NCBI GenBank assembly: GCA_018303885.1
Contig: JAGVXG010000001.1
Span: forward strand, 11,746 to 75,745
Length of the DNA: 64,000 nt
DNA from: Candidatus Pacearchaeota archaeon
GTDB taxonomy: Archaea; Nanobdellota; Nanobdellia; Pacearchaeales; GW2011-AR1
Direction: 5' to 3'
Shown here: piece after piece, positions 46,520 through 55,651 of the stretch
How the letters are laid out: the number at the start of each line of letters is the position of its first letter
Numbering within the stretch: the stretch's first letter is position 1
Notes under the pieces: generated by a model
What the model saw: the letters and a program-made list of their open reading frames with translations, nothing else
Told to the model about the DNA's origin: nothing
Database searches by the model: none
Position numbers and translations under genes: made by a program

Positions 46520-47128
46520 ATGGCAAAACAAGGGTTAGACAAAATAATTATAGGTCCTGCAATATGGCCCGGTAAAAAATTACAAGTTCAACCAGGAGAC
46601 TTGTCTAAATTTGCTCCTTATGGAAATGGTGTTTATGGCTATCAAAAAAATTCTCTTGAACCTATTAGGGGCGACCCCCCACAAGAAGAAACTGGTGGCC
46701 TTATTTATTTTGGTAATGAGGCTAGAAAAGAAGATTTTGAAGGATTTTTAAGAATGATGAATGTAAGAGCAGAAGATAAAGATTATGTAGCTTTTGTTCA
46801 AGAGTCTTCTAATCCTATCGAAGATAGATATTTTAAACAAATGAGAATAATGTCTAAATTTGGGCTTAGATTCATGTTTGGAGCTATTGATGATAGAGAA
46901 TATGACACTTTCAAAGAACAAGAATTGTCAATAGGAGAAGCATTATGGGCCTTTATGAATGCTGAAAAAAGAAGGTTTGGAACATCATTTGGAGATTCAA
47001 GAATAGACGGTAAAATGGGTGGAGACGGAGATTATGCAGTAGAAGAACTTAGTTTTGGGTTTATGCTTGAAAATGAATATAATCAAGTTTATCGCATTTG
47101 GAGCAGAGCCTGGTTAGTTACTAAATAA
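46520..47128 (+). CDS. Hypothetical protein
   Basis: 202 aa. Confidence 0.45.
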   Translation: MAKQGLDKIIIGPAIWPGKKLQVQPGDLSKFAPYGNGVYGYQKNSLEPIRGDPPQEETGGLIYFGNEARKEDFEGFLRMMNVRAEDKDYVAFVQESSNPIEDRYFKQMRIMSKFGLRFMFGAIDDREYDTFKEQELSIGEALWAFMNAEKRRFGTSFGDSRIDGKMGGDGDYAVEELSFGFMLENEYNQVYRIWSRAWLVTK

Positions 47129-47176
47129 GCAATATTAAAAAAATTATTAATTTTCTTACCAAGCATATCCGCGTGT

Positions 47177-47617
47177 TTAAACTATAAAGAATATAATAAA
47201 TAAAATTAAGGTTAAAGCAAACTCGGCTTTAGAAAAATACTTTACTGGGCCTTTAATATTTATTTCTTTTATTGGATAAAATGGATAAAAATCTGAATTA
47301 TCTAGTACGTCTAGCAATAAATGGCTTAAATATCCTAAAGAAAACACGATTCCAATTCTTTGGTCAAATAAGAATACTATTAAACTAACCAAGATAAAAC
47401 CAAAAATAGAATGAAGATAGTTTCTTTGACTACCATACGGGTCTTTTGGATTTGTTATAGTCTCCCAAAATTTTTTCAAGTTAAATATAACTTTGTGCTT
47501 TATGTATGGAACCAGATGATCGATATCTACAAATAAAGCGGCTATTAATGCTACAAGATAATTTTGTGTTAATTTTCCTATTATCAAACCCGCGGCTAAA
47601 TGAGCTAATAAGAACAT
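47177..47617 (-). CDS. Membrane-bound metal-dependent hydrolase-like protein (DUF457/YdjM-like)
   Basis: 146 aa; MFLLAHLAAG start, conserved His/Asp (DIDHL, HLLLD) in TM context. Confidence 0.4.
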   Translation of the reverse strand: MFLLAHLAAGLIIGKLTQNYLVALIAALFVDIDHLVPYIKHKVIFNLKKFWETITNPKDPYGSQRNYLHSIFGFILVSLIVFLFDQRIGIVFSLGYLSHLLLDVLDNSDFYPFYPIKEINIKGPVKYFSKAEFALTLILFIIFFIV

Positions 47618-47855
47618 AAATGTCTAATTGATTTTAATTTGATATACTTTTCTGTTATTAATGATAATATCTACCGAACACTAGTGAGTTGTAATAAATG
47701 AATTATTGACTTGCTTAATTGTCCCAATTTAATAAAATGTCCTAATAGCAATCTTTTTAAAAGTATTTTTGCAGTAGATTATATACTAAAAGCAAACCAA
47801 AGAAAATGAAGACAAAAAATAAAGTTTTAGCTCATTCGTCTTTAGGAAAAGCCAA

Positions 47856-48110
47856 ATGAAAGGAAAAGTTGTACAATTTCGTCGCGGTCGTAAAACAGTC
47901 CATGAAAGGCACTTCTTGCTAGATTTCGGAGCAAAAAACAGAATCGAAGCACAGAAGTTCGTCGGCAAAGAAGTTACTTGGACCTCACCAGCAGGAAAAG
48001 CCATAAGAGGAAAAGTTTCTGGAGCACATGGAAATAAAGGTCTTGTCCGCGCTATTTTCGAAATCGGGCTTCCAGGCCAGGCAATAACGACGGAAGTGGA
48101 GATAAAATGA
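47856..48110 (+). CDS. rpl35ae: 50S ribosomal protein L35Ae (eL33)
   Basis: 84 aa; MKGKVVQFRRGRKTVHERHFLLDF...GKVSGAHGNKGLVRAIFE. Confidence 0.85.
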   Translation: MKGKVVQFRRGRKTVHERHFLLDFGAKNRIEAQKFVGKEVTWTSPAGKAIRGKVSGAHGNKGLVRAIFEIGLPGQAITTEVEIK

Positions 48111-48418
48111 ATGCTACATTTACATTAGATGATTTAATTGATTGGAGCAGGGTTGGAAGGGGCTTGAAGATTAATTTAGTCGCTGACACCCGCGATAGAC
48201 AAAATTCTCCCCTATGCTCTTTTGAAGACTTGCCGCATAACTGTAGATATTCTTTACATGTAGAATATGATGACTTCCTTAAAGCAGAACCATATCAAGC
48301 AACTGGATTAACACATAAGGAATTATTAAAAAACATAGCCAAAAGTTCAATCATTTCTGTTCAATCAAGAAGAATCTATGTTGCTAGAGAAAGAGAAAAA
48401 GTAGGAGAAGTAAAATAA
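48107..48418 (+). CDS. Hypothetical protein
   Basis: 103 aa; overlaps L35Ae stop by 4 nt. Confidence 0.45.
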   Translation: MNATFTLDDLIDWSRVGRGLKINLVADTRDRQNSPLCSFEDLPHNCRYSLHVEYDDFLKAEPYQATGLTHKELLKNIAKSSIISVQSRRIYVAREREKVGEVK

Positions 48419-48419
48419 A

Positions 48420-48656
48420 ATGGTTGAAATAAATTTAGAACCGGGAAGATGGTTTGCTCTTGACGCTGAACTAAGAGAAGTTTATGGAAATCCTGAAATC
48501 TCTAATGGAATTTACATGGGAAAGCCCCAAACTGCAAGAGTCTATGGAAATGATGTCATATTAAACTCAAATGAAAAGTCAGATCTTTTGGTGATTTGTG
48601 ACAGTACTCCTACGGAAATAAAATCAAAGCTGGTTAAACTAGCTACTAAGTTATAA
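48420..48656 (+). CDS. Hypothetical protein
   Basis: 78 aa. Confidence 0.4.
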   Translation: MVEINLEPGRWFALDAELREVYGNPEISNGIYMGKPQTARVYGNDVILNSNEKSDLLVICDSTPTEIKSKLVKLATKL

Positions 48657-48659
48657 AAA

Positions 48660-49229
48660 ATGGCATTAAGAAAAGCATCTTCATACTCGAAAAAATCTGT
48701 TGTTCCTTTTACGAGGATAAGCAAACAGAAAGGCAAGGCTTACATAAAGACTGTTCCGCCGCAGAATATTGTGAAGTTTACAATGGGTTCTGAAAAGCTT
48801 TATCGTGAAGGAAAATTTCCCCATGAACTTACCCTAGTTGCCGATGAATCAGCACAAATAAGGCACAACGCCCTCGAAGCATGCAGACAATATATCAATA
48901 AAAGACTCGATACAGACCTTGCAGGGCAATATCTTTTCAGGGTTGTTCCTTTCCCGCACCATATTCAACGAGAGAATAAGATGCTTACTGGTGCAGGAGC
49001 AGACAGAATGCAGTCTGGAATGCAATTATCTTTTGGGAAGCCAATGGGAAAGGCAGCGATTGTTAAGCACGGCACAAGGGTATTCTTCTTCGCTGTTCCA
49101 AATGAGAAAGCTATTGCCGTTATTAGAGACGTTTTATCCAAGGTAAAACCAAAATTACCGTGCAGGACTAAAGTTCTTTATGAAGTTAAGAAACCTACTG
49201 TGTTGAATGTTCCGGTTTCAAACGCTTAA
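48660..49229 (+). CDS. rpl10e: 50S ribosomal protein L10e (uL16)
   Basis: 189 aa; ...RQYINKRLD...FRVVPFPHHIQRENKMLTGAGADRMQSGM... Confidence 0.85.
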   Translation: MALRKASSYSKKSVVPFTRISKQKGKAYIKTVPPQNIVKFTMGSEKLYREGKFPHELTLVADESAQIRHNALEACRQYINKRLDTDLAGQYLFRVVPFPHHIQRENKMLTGAGADRMQSGMQLSFGKPMGKAAIVKHGTRVFFFAVPNEKAIAVIRDVLSKVKPKLPCRTKVLYEVKKPTVLNVPVSNA

Positions 49230-49322
49230 TATTTTAGAGTTATGGCTTTTGTGTTATTAACTATGTAATAGTAACAAATAGAAAGATTTATAAAGTTCAA
49301 GTTCTTGGGAAAAACATAGAAA

Positions 49323-49919
49323 ATGGCAGACGTAACACAAAGACCAAATTTTGAGAAGTACCAATATGGTGCATTAGCTGCGCACTTGGCATCATCTAAA
49401 GAAAGTGGAAGATATGCTCCAGGTGCTCTTGAGGTGCTTGCTGGCTCAAAAGGTCTTAATCTTGGAGAAGATGCTGAAGGTTTTATCAGAGGAACTAAGG
49501 CGTCTAAAGAAGGAATAGAAACTGCAACACAAATTTACGCGGGAAAATTCGAAGAAAAGAGAGGAGAGTACAAGCTAATTGAATTAGCTTCTGGATGGTA
49601 CGCTCCTGTATTAAATAGTATTGATAAAGAAGACAAAGATAAAATCGTCGCAAAATTGGGGAGATATGATGAAACTCTTGTAAGTATCATGAAAAAATAT
49701 AGAAAGGCTTCTAGAATTGTTCAAGATTCAGAAGATAATGACTTTAAAGATCAATATACTCCTGAGCAGGTTTCAGAAGCTAAGGAAACATTCAAGAAAT
49801 ACCATGAAGTAATGGAAATTATAGATGCTCTTGACAGATATACTCTTGAAAGCTTAAGACCAGGAGCAGTAGAATCTACAAGAAAAACTGAATTAAAGGG
49901 CTTGGCTTCTAAGGTTTAA
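49323..49919 (+). CDS. Hypothetical protein
   Basis: 198 aa. Confidence 0.45.
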   Translation: MADVTQRPNFEKYQYGALAAHLASSKESGRYAPGALEVLAGSKGLNLGEDAEGFIRGTKASKEGIETATQIYAGKFEEKRGEYKLIELASGWYAPVLNSIDKEDKDKIVAKLGRYDETLVSIMKKYRKASRIVQDSEDNDFKDQYTPEQVSEAKETFKKYHEVMEIIDALDRYTLESLRPGAVESTRKTELKGLASKV

Positions 49920-49928
49920 TTTTAGAAA

Positions 49929-50207
49929 ATGCAAAGATTAAAAAATTTGATTGGAGACTTTTTGGGATATGGAAGATGCCCTGTAACTAATGAAACATAC
50001 TGGCATGCAAACATTGTTAGTGTTCCCTATTCTGAACGTTCTGGCGTATTAATTTCAGCAAGAGCCTTATCTGAAGTACCAAAAGAAAGAATAGCTCAAG
50101 TTGTTTTCGAACGTAGTAGAAATATGACTAATGCTTTTCCACAAAGATATTCCCTTGAAGAAATAACTGGACAAATCCCAAAAGGGTGTATGAGATTACC
50201 AAGATAA
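49929..50207 (+). CDS. Hypothetical small protein
   Basis: 92 aa. Confidence 0.35.
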   Translation: MQRLKNLIGDFLGYGRCPVTNETYWHANIVSVPYSERSGVLISARALSEVPKERIAQVVFERSRNMTNAFPQRYSLEEITGQIPKGCMRLPR

Positions 50208-50246
50208 ATTAGAAAGAAATAAATACTAGTTTTTCTCGGTTTTTAA

Positions 50247-50537
50247 ATGGCAGAACCAACAACACGGCCAAGATTTGAAGTTGGTAAAAATTATGATGTT
50301 TCTGATTTTAGAGAAGCAGGATATTTTGCTTTTAAAACAATAAGACTTAATCCTTCACTTTCTGAAAAATATAAAAGAGATAGAATGATAAGATGGAAAA
50401 GAGGAAATGATAATTACCTTGTTGTTAGAGAACCGAACCTCGTAAGAGTCATTCACCATTATATGTCTGAGCCAGGGGGGAGGATAAAAAATCTTAAACG
50501 AAGACCAAACAGAAATGGCGAACGGACAAAAACTTGA
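50247..50537 (+). CDS. Hypothetical small protein (paralog of 50546..50773)
   Basis: 96 aa; NYDVSDFREAGYFAFKTI...YLVVREPNLVRV shares pattern with next gene. Confidence 0.4.
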   Translation: MAEPTTRPRFEVGKNYDVSDFREAGYFAFKTIRLNPSLSEKYKRDRMIRWKRGNDNYLVVREPNLVRVIHHYMSEPGGRIKNLKRRPNRNGERTKT

Positions 50538-50545
50538 AATAAAAT

Positions 50546-50773
50546 ATGGCGCTGGAAATAAAAGTAGATAGGCTTTATGAGGTATCGGAATTGCGAATGG
50601 ATGGATATACTGCAGTTAATATTACAGAAATTCAAGCACTTCCATTAATTCAAAGATATGGTGCAAGAAAAGTGGTACATTATAGAAAAGGGGGCGAACA
50701 TCTTTACCTTGTTAAAGATTCTGGATATTTAAGGCTCCATTCTCAATTTAAAACAAAACAAAAATCGCAATAA
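50546..50773 (+). CDS. Hypothetical small protein (paralog of 50247..50537)
   Basis: 75 aa; LYEVSELRMDGYTAVNI...LYLVKDSGYLRL. Confidence 0.4.
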   Translation: MALEIKVDRLYEVSELRMDGYTAVNITEIQALPLIQRYGARKVVHYRKGGEHLYLVKDSGYLRLHSQFKTKQKSQ

Positions 50774-50779
50774 TTTTTG

Positions 50780-51634
50780 TTATTCAATCAAGTCCTTAAC
50801 GAGATTTGCCATGGCTTCTAAGAATTGTTCTGCGCGCTCCTGCCATGCATCAATTTCAACACCCTTGAGGTTTTTTATTTCTCCGTGAGCTATTTTTTTA
50901 TGGAGAACAAGAAGATCACGATACCAAATAACATATTTCATGTCTAATTTTCCTGCGTTCACGAAAACTTCTTTTAAGTCTCCGGAAATGTGCTCTGGAG
51001 ATGCCGGTGAAACATTTGCTGCAATCAATGCAGCGTGTGCAGAATCAACCATGCTCCAAAAAAGCCCATCTATGGAATTTAATTCGGCGATTCTGCTTCT
51101 TGCAATATGCTGCGGCGCTCTCTGAAGCGCGGCATAAATTGCTTCAGGGGTTGATTTGATTTTTCCCTTGAGAAGAAGTGCTTTTAATGGGTTAAAAAAT
51201 CCAGCCATATCAACCATGGGTTCTCCATATCTAAGAATATTGACTACAACAGGGTCTCCACGCATTAAGTCTTCCCACCAAGTGCTTAATTTAACCGTGT
51301 TAATATGTAAAGCATTTTGATAAGGATTTGCTTTGATTAATTTTTCAAGTTCCTCACGATACCACGCAATCAATTCCTGATCCCAATTAATGCTTACATC
51401 ATCGATAATAATTATAATGTCTATATCAGAACCTGTTACAGCGGTTTGCTTCGCCGTGGAGCCGAAAAGAACAATAGATTTTACAATCTTGTCAAATACC
51501 TTGTAAGTCTTTAAGGCAAAATCCATCGCTATGTCTGTTTCTTTTTTCAACTGCAATGTAGGAATGTTTTTTGGGGTTTTGCTGTTTTTCCCAGAAGATT
51601 TTTTATTATTGGATTTTTTTTGTTTCTTTGCCAT
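50780..51634 (-). CDS. Nucleotidyltransferase-domain protein with C-terminal helical domain (paralog of 44495..46372)
   Basis: 284 aa; LFGSTAKQTAVTGSDIDIIIII NTase motif; LLLKGKIKSTPEAIYAA matches paralog. Confidence 0.55.
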   Translation of the reverse strand: MAKKQKKSNNKKSSGKNSKTPKNIPTLQLKKETDIAMDFALKTYKVFDKIVKSIVLFGSTAKQTAVTGSDIDIIIIIDDVSINWDQELIAWYREELEKLIKANPYQNALHINTVKLSTWWEDLMRGDPVVVNILRYGEPMVDMAGFFNPLKALLLKGKIKSTPEAIYAALQRAPQHIARSRIAELNSIDGLFWSMVDSAHAALIAANVSPASPEHISGDLKEVFVNAGKLDMKYVIWYRDLLVLHKKIAHGEIKNLKGVEIDAWQERAEQFLEAMANLVKDLIE

Positions 51635-51845
51635 CTTATATTATATTTTTATGGGACTGATTTTTAATTGCTAGTGCAAAAACTGGTTTTATATTAAAAT
51701 AGTTTAACAAGTTGTCAACACCAACCATCTTTTTATTTAACATATTCTAACTTAAATTTACCAATTCTCTTTTATATCCTACAATATATATTATTGAATA
51801 TAGTTTAAAAACTTTAACTTTAAAGTATTACTTTCTCGGCGAGAA

Positions 51846-52142
51846 TCAATCAACAGATATCCTATGCCCCTGTACAGAATCAACCTTTCTAGCACTATCT
51901 ATTCTCATCCATGGAATACCTTCACGAGGAAGGAAAAAGCATCCACTTTTTATTCTTTCATCAAGAGATTTTTTTATTTTTGGTGTAATATATCTTTTAA
52001 AACTTCTAATAGCTTCTTGAGAATTTCTTGCTACTCTAAAAGCCGTGTCACTACATGGATCGTATTGAATATCATCCTCCATTGCGGGTCTGCTATATTG
52101 TTGAACTGTGTATCTGATTAGGTATATCTTTAAATCTGCCAT
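51846..52142 (-). CDS. Hypothetical protein
   Basis: 98 aa; preferred over antisense ORF 51864..52121 on composition. Confidence 0.3.
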   Translation of the reverse strand: MADLKIYLIRYTVQQYSRPAMEDDIQYDPCSDTAFRVARNSQEAIRSFKRYITPKIKKSLDERIKSGCFFLPREGIPWMRIDSARKVDSVQGHRISVD

Positions 52143-52267
52143 ATCTTTCTCACAATATATTATTATATAAATCTTTCTAATGTAATTACTATTAAATTAA
52201 TATAACCTTTGAATCAAAATGATTATAGAATATAGTTTTTAAATTTACTGAATTCTGGAGAAAAAAT

Positions 52268-52531
52268 TTATTTTAAGGGATGTTCTAAATTCATGCGATA
52301 ATGATGTGATTCAAGGCAATTCACTAATAATCTAACTCCGGAAATTGTTGGTGCAGTTCTATTGTAAGGAGGATAAAACTCCGCATATCTATCATTATCT
52401 CTAATTGAAACAACTTTATGGTCTTCGTCTGAGGCTAATTCTCTTATTTTTCCTTTTTCTCCACTAAGCTTAAATCCTTTCTTTTCCACCAATTGATTTA
52501 TTGCATAATCTAAAGTATCCAAACTTGTCAT
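52268..52531 (-). CDS. Hypothetical protein
   Basis: 87 aa. Confidence 0.35.
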   Translation of the reverse strand: MTSLDTLDYAINQLVEKKGFKLSGEKGKIRELASDEDHKVVSIRDNDRYAEFYPPYNRTAPTISGVRLLVNCLESHHYRMNLEHPLK

Positions 52532-52593
52532 AACTTTTTCTATTTATTTGTATATTTAAAGATTTATATTAATTCTTGATAAAAAAGAAAAAA

Positions 52594-54393
52594 TTATTCC
52601 ATTGGTCTTCCGGACATTCTTGAGCCTTGTGCTCCTTGAGGAGTGCCACCAAGCTCTTTTGGAAGCCTTGCAAAGCTTGTTCCAAAAGTTTCATAATTTA
52701 TCTGGGGAAGCCATTGACCATCTAATCCTCCATGATATCCTTGGTAAAGTCCTGGGGCTTGAGACCAATAAGGAGCCATGTACATTGAATAAAGAGGAGA
52801 GCCCGCAGCCTCTAAAGTTTCCTGAAATGGAGAGGTTTTAATATGCTGCCACCAATCTGCTGCCTCAATAATTTTTCTTGCATTAAAGCCCTTTTCTCCA
52901 AGCTTTTCCATTATTTCTTTGAGGGGAACATTTCCCATTCCCATCGGGAGTTCTGTATGCTCCAAACCAAAATTGTCAGAAAGATGAACATGCTTTACAT
53001 AAGGTGCAACTTGCTCTGCTTCTTTTATGATTTCTTTTTCATCGTATCCAAATTTTCTCAGCATGTTTATGTGCCCTACGTCCCAGGTAGCTCCTATGAA
53101 TTTCTCTGCCTGGCGCTTTGCTTCTGATTCAGACATGCCTTCTTTTACTGCATTATCGACAAATTGCTTTCTTGATGCTACAACAATGTTTTTTATGTCT
53201 TTTCCTGTACTTAACGCAAAACCTGCTGGAGGATTTTCAATAACCAAAATCGGTGACTTATCTTTGAATTTTTTGTAAGCCTCAAAAGCAGCATTACCGT
53301 AAGTCTGCGAGGATTTTTTTATTGCAAAATCTTCTATTGGAACCCACATTTTTGGAGAGTTTTCTTCTAAAGTTCCAATCAATTCTCTCAATGCTTCTGA
53401 ATGGATTTTTGGATTGAGATATTTTTCTGGACTTTTTATCTTACCATCTTCTACACCGATTAGTTCTCCATATTTTTCAGAAAAGTTTTTTAAATCACTC
53501 ATCCGTTTCACATCACCATCCGCTTTCGCAAATTCATATGCTTTGCTAAAAAGAGAATCGGCAGACATTTTGGCTTGTTCAACAAATTCATATGCGGAAA
53601 AAATTTTGTGAATTTGCTCTTTTTCGTCTCCAGAAATTTCCGCAGGGTTTAATTTTCCGGATCTAAGTGCTGCGGCCCTTGCTATGACAATTGGGTGAAC
53701 ATCTTTCATAATTCTTTCGGCATTTTCTCTATTGACTTCTATTTGAAATAATGAGTTTCTCCATTCTGTGGAATTTAAATTATCCAAACGTCTTTCTGGA
53801 GTTTTTATTTCTCCCTTGACATTACCTCCGGGATGATATTCTAAATCAGGCTCCAACGGCGCCATTCTTCCTGTTTCTCTGTTAACGGCAATCATTTTTC
53901 TATAATCTCCTGTTTCTTCTGTTCTTTTTCTTGGGGGAAGAAATTGTGAACCTGGAATTCCTTCTGCAGAATGAAAGTTAACAGGAATATTTCCGCTTGG
54001 GTTTAGTTCATGGCTTCGCAAAAGAACTTGAGTAACTTTTTCCTCTGCAAGCTCTCTATCATTTTCGCTGAAACCACTTTGAGTAAATCCCGCCACATCT
54101 ATTACAGGACCGTGAAGAGAAACGTCAATACCGGTAAGTTTTGAAAGCCTGTGAACTTCTTTTAGATGCTGTTTTGGTATGGAGTCAAAAATTTTATCGG
54201 AAACGCCTTCAATTTCGATTTGTTTTGCTCCTGAAGAAAGTTTAGAGGAAACTTCCTGCAAGAGATTTGCTGAACGCGGGTCAGTAGTCATTCCTAGGCT
54301 TCCTGCGGCAAGATAAGTGTTAGAAGGGGGCGTTAAACCAGAATAACCTCCCTGATAAATGTCTGAGATTTTGTAGCCTGCTTTTTCCACCAT
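52594..54393 (-). CDS. Large xylose-isomerase-like TIM-barrel (sugar phosphate isomerase/epimerase / AP-endonuclease-2 fold) protein with long central insertion
   Basis: 599 aa; N-terminal ...KQIEIEG...GIDVSLHGPV and C-terminal ...KHVHLSDNFGLEHTELPMGMGNVPLKEIMEKL motifs typical of PF01261. Confidence 0.45.
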   Translation of the reverse strand: MVEKAGYKISDIYQGGYSGLTPPSNTYLAAGSLGMTTDPRSANLLQEVSSKLSSGAKQIEIEGVSDKIFDSIPKQHLKEVHRLSKLTGIDVSLHGPVIDVAGFTQSGFSENDRELAEEKVTQVLLRSHELNPSGNIPVNFHSAEGIPGSQFLPPRKRTEETGDYRKMIAVNRETGRMAPLEPDLEYHPGGNVKGEIKTPERRLDNLNSTEWRNSLFQIEVNRENAERIMKDVHPIVIARAAALRSGKLNPAEISGDEKEQIHKIFSAYEFVEQAKMSADSLFSKAYEFAKADGDVKRMSDLKNFSEKYGELIGVEDGKIKSPEKYLNPKIHSEALRELIGTLEENSPKMWVPIEDFAIKKSSQTYGNAAFEAYKKFKDKSPILVIENPPAGFALSTGKDIKNIVVASRKQFVDNAVKEGMSESEAKRQAEKFIGATWDVGHINMLRKFGYDEKEIIKEAEQVAPYVKHVHLSDNFGLEHTELPMGMGNVPLKEIMEKLGEKGFNARKIIEAADWWQHIKTSPFQETLEAAGSPLYSMYMAPYWSQAPGLYQGYHGGLDGQWLPQINYETFGTSFARLPKELGGTPQGAQGSRMSGRPME

Positions 54394-54573
54394 GATTGTT
54401 ATAGTTATGATTAATTTATATAGTTTACGACGAAGGTTTTTGTTAAATTTGTTAGTCTAAAGGTTAATATGTTTAAGTTGAATAAACTAAAGTAATTTGA
54501 TAATGATCTTTAATTACGACGGTTTTTACATTAACATATTAGTTTTTGATGTAATTTAAAATTAATAACTAAA

Positions 54574-55188
54574 TCATTTAGAAGTCCTCGGCTTGTATTT
54601 CTCATATTTTTGCTCCTCTCTTTCAAGGGGGTTTCTTCTTCCGACGTTTTCAAAATCAAACCTATCAACTCTTTGTATTCTTTCTTGAGTCGGAGATTCT
54701 ACTCTTGCTTCAGCAGATTGTGTGAAAAGCGCTTCTCGGCCTGTTTCTGACCAGGGACCTGTTCTCTTTCTTCCAGCTTCTTCAAATCTTAATCTTTCTG
54801 GTTCTTTATAAATTTGCGTCGAAGATTCAACGTATTTTGGCTCATTTGTTTCTGAACCTGAAGAAACATACTTGAATTCATCGCTGCTTTCTTCTTTTGA
54901 ATTTGCTTGGGTTCCTTGAGGTATTCCGCCGACGAAGATTGGCCTTGGCGCAGAGCCGGCGATTCTCTCTAAAACAGGGGCTCTTTCTTCCTGTGGCGCG
55001 GATTGTCGCATAAACTGATGAAATTCAAGGTCATTCGAGTTTGATTCCGATTCTTCTTCAAGCATTGATTCTTTTAGTTTTTCAGAGCCTAATTTTTCTT
55101 GAGGTTTAACCAAGGATTTTTTTAATTGTGTAGCTATTTCTTTGTCTATATTTTTTTCGTCCTTTGTTTTGTTTTTAGTCTTTTTCAT
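54574..55188 (-). CDS. Hypothetical low-complexity (disordered) protein
   Basis: 204 aa; Glu/Ser/Lys/Arg rich. Confidence 0.35.
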   Translation of the reverse strand: MKKTKNKTKDEKNIDKEIATQLKKSLVKPQEKLGSEKLKESMLEEESESNSNDLEFHQFMRQSAPQEERAPVLERIAGSAPRPIFVGGIPQGTQANSKEESSDEFKYVSSGSETNEPKYVESSTQIYKEPERLRFEEAGRKRTGPWSETGREALFTQSAEARVESPTQERIQRVDRFDFENVGRRNPLEREEQKYEKYKPRTSK

Positions 55189-55248
55189 GATTATACTAAG
55201 AAATGGAAATATATAAAAATTAGCATTACCTAAAATAATGACTGAAAC

Positions 55249-55470
55249 ATGAGGAAAATTATAATCGGGACGCTTTCTGTAATGCTTGGAACATTGCTCT
55301 TAATGGATTCTCTCCCAGGGATTACCGGATATGTGATTTCTAACGGCGATGGTTCTAGTTTACTTTCTGTTTTTGGTTTTATTTTTTTAATTTGCGGGTT
55401 TGCGCTTTTTATTTTGGAAATCCGTAAAAATAGAAAAGTAATTAAAGCAAAAAAACTTAGTAAACACTAA
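55249..55470 (+). CDS. Small membrane protein
   Basis: 73 aa; 2 TM. Confidence 0.3.
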   Translation: MRKIIIGTLSVMLGTLLLMDSLPGITGYVISNGDGSSLLSVFGFIFLICGFALFILEIRKNRKVIKAKKLSKH

Positions 55471-55651
55471 TGAACGCAAGAGTTAGAAGCTTTAGTTCTC
55501 ATAAAAAACCAAAAAAGAGGGGGAAATAAAAATGGCTAAGAAAAAAAAGAAAAGAAGATAAGTTTTTTAAAACCCTTCATCATATTTATTTCAATAATTT
55601 TTTATTTATTTTTATTTTTTACAAAGATTTCTTTTTTACCTTTTTGAGTAA

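Noticed and set aside
51864-52121. Plus-strand 85-aa ORF opposite 51846..52142
   Set aside because: It has less protein-like composition than the minus-strand ORF, and both are low confidence.
55520-55560. Micro-ORF MAKKKKKRR in an A-rich spacer
   Set aside because: It is a homopolymer-A-driven artefact.
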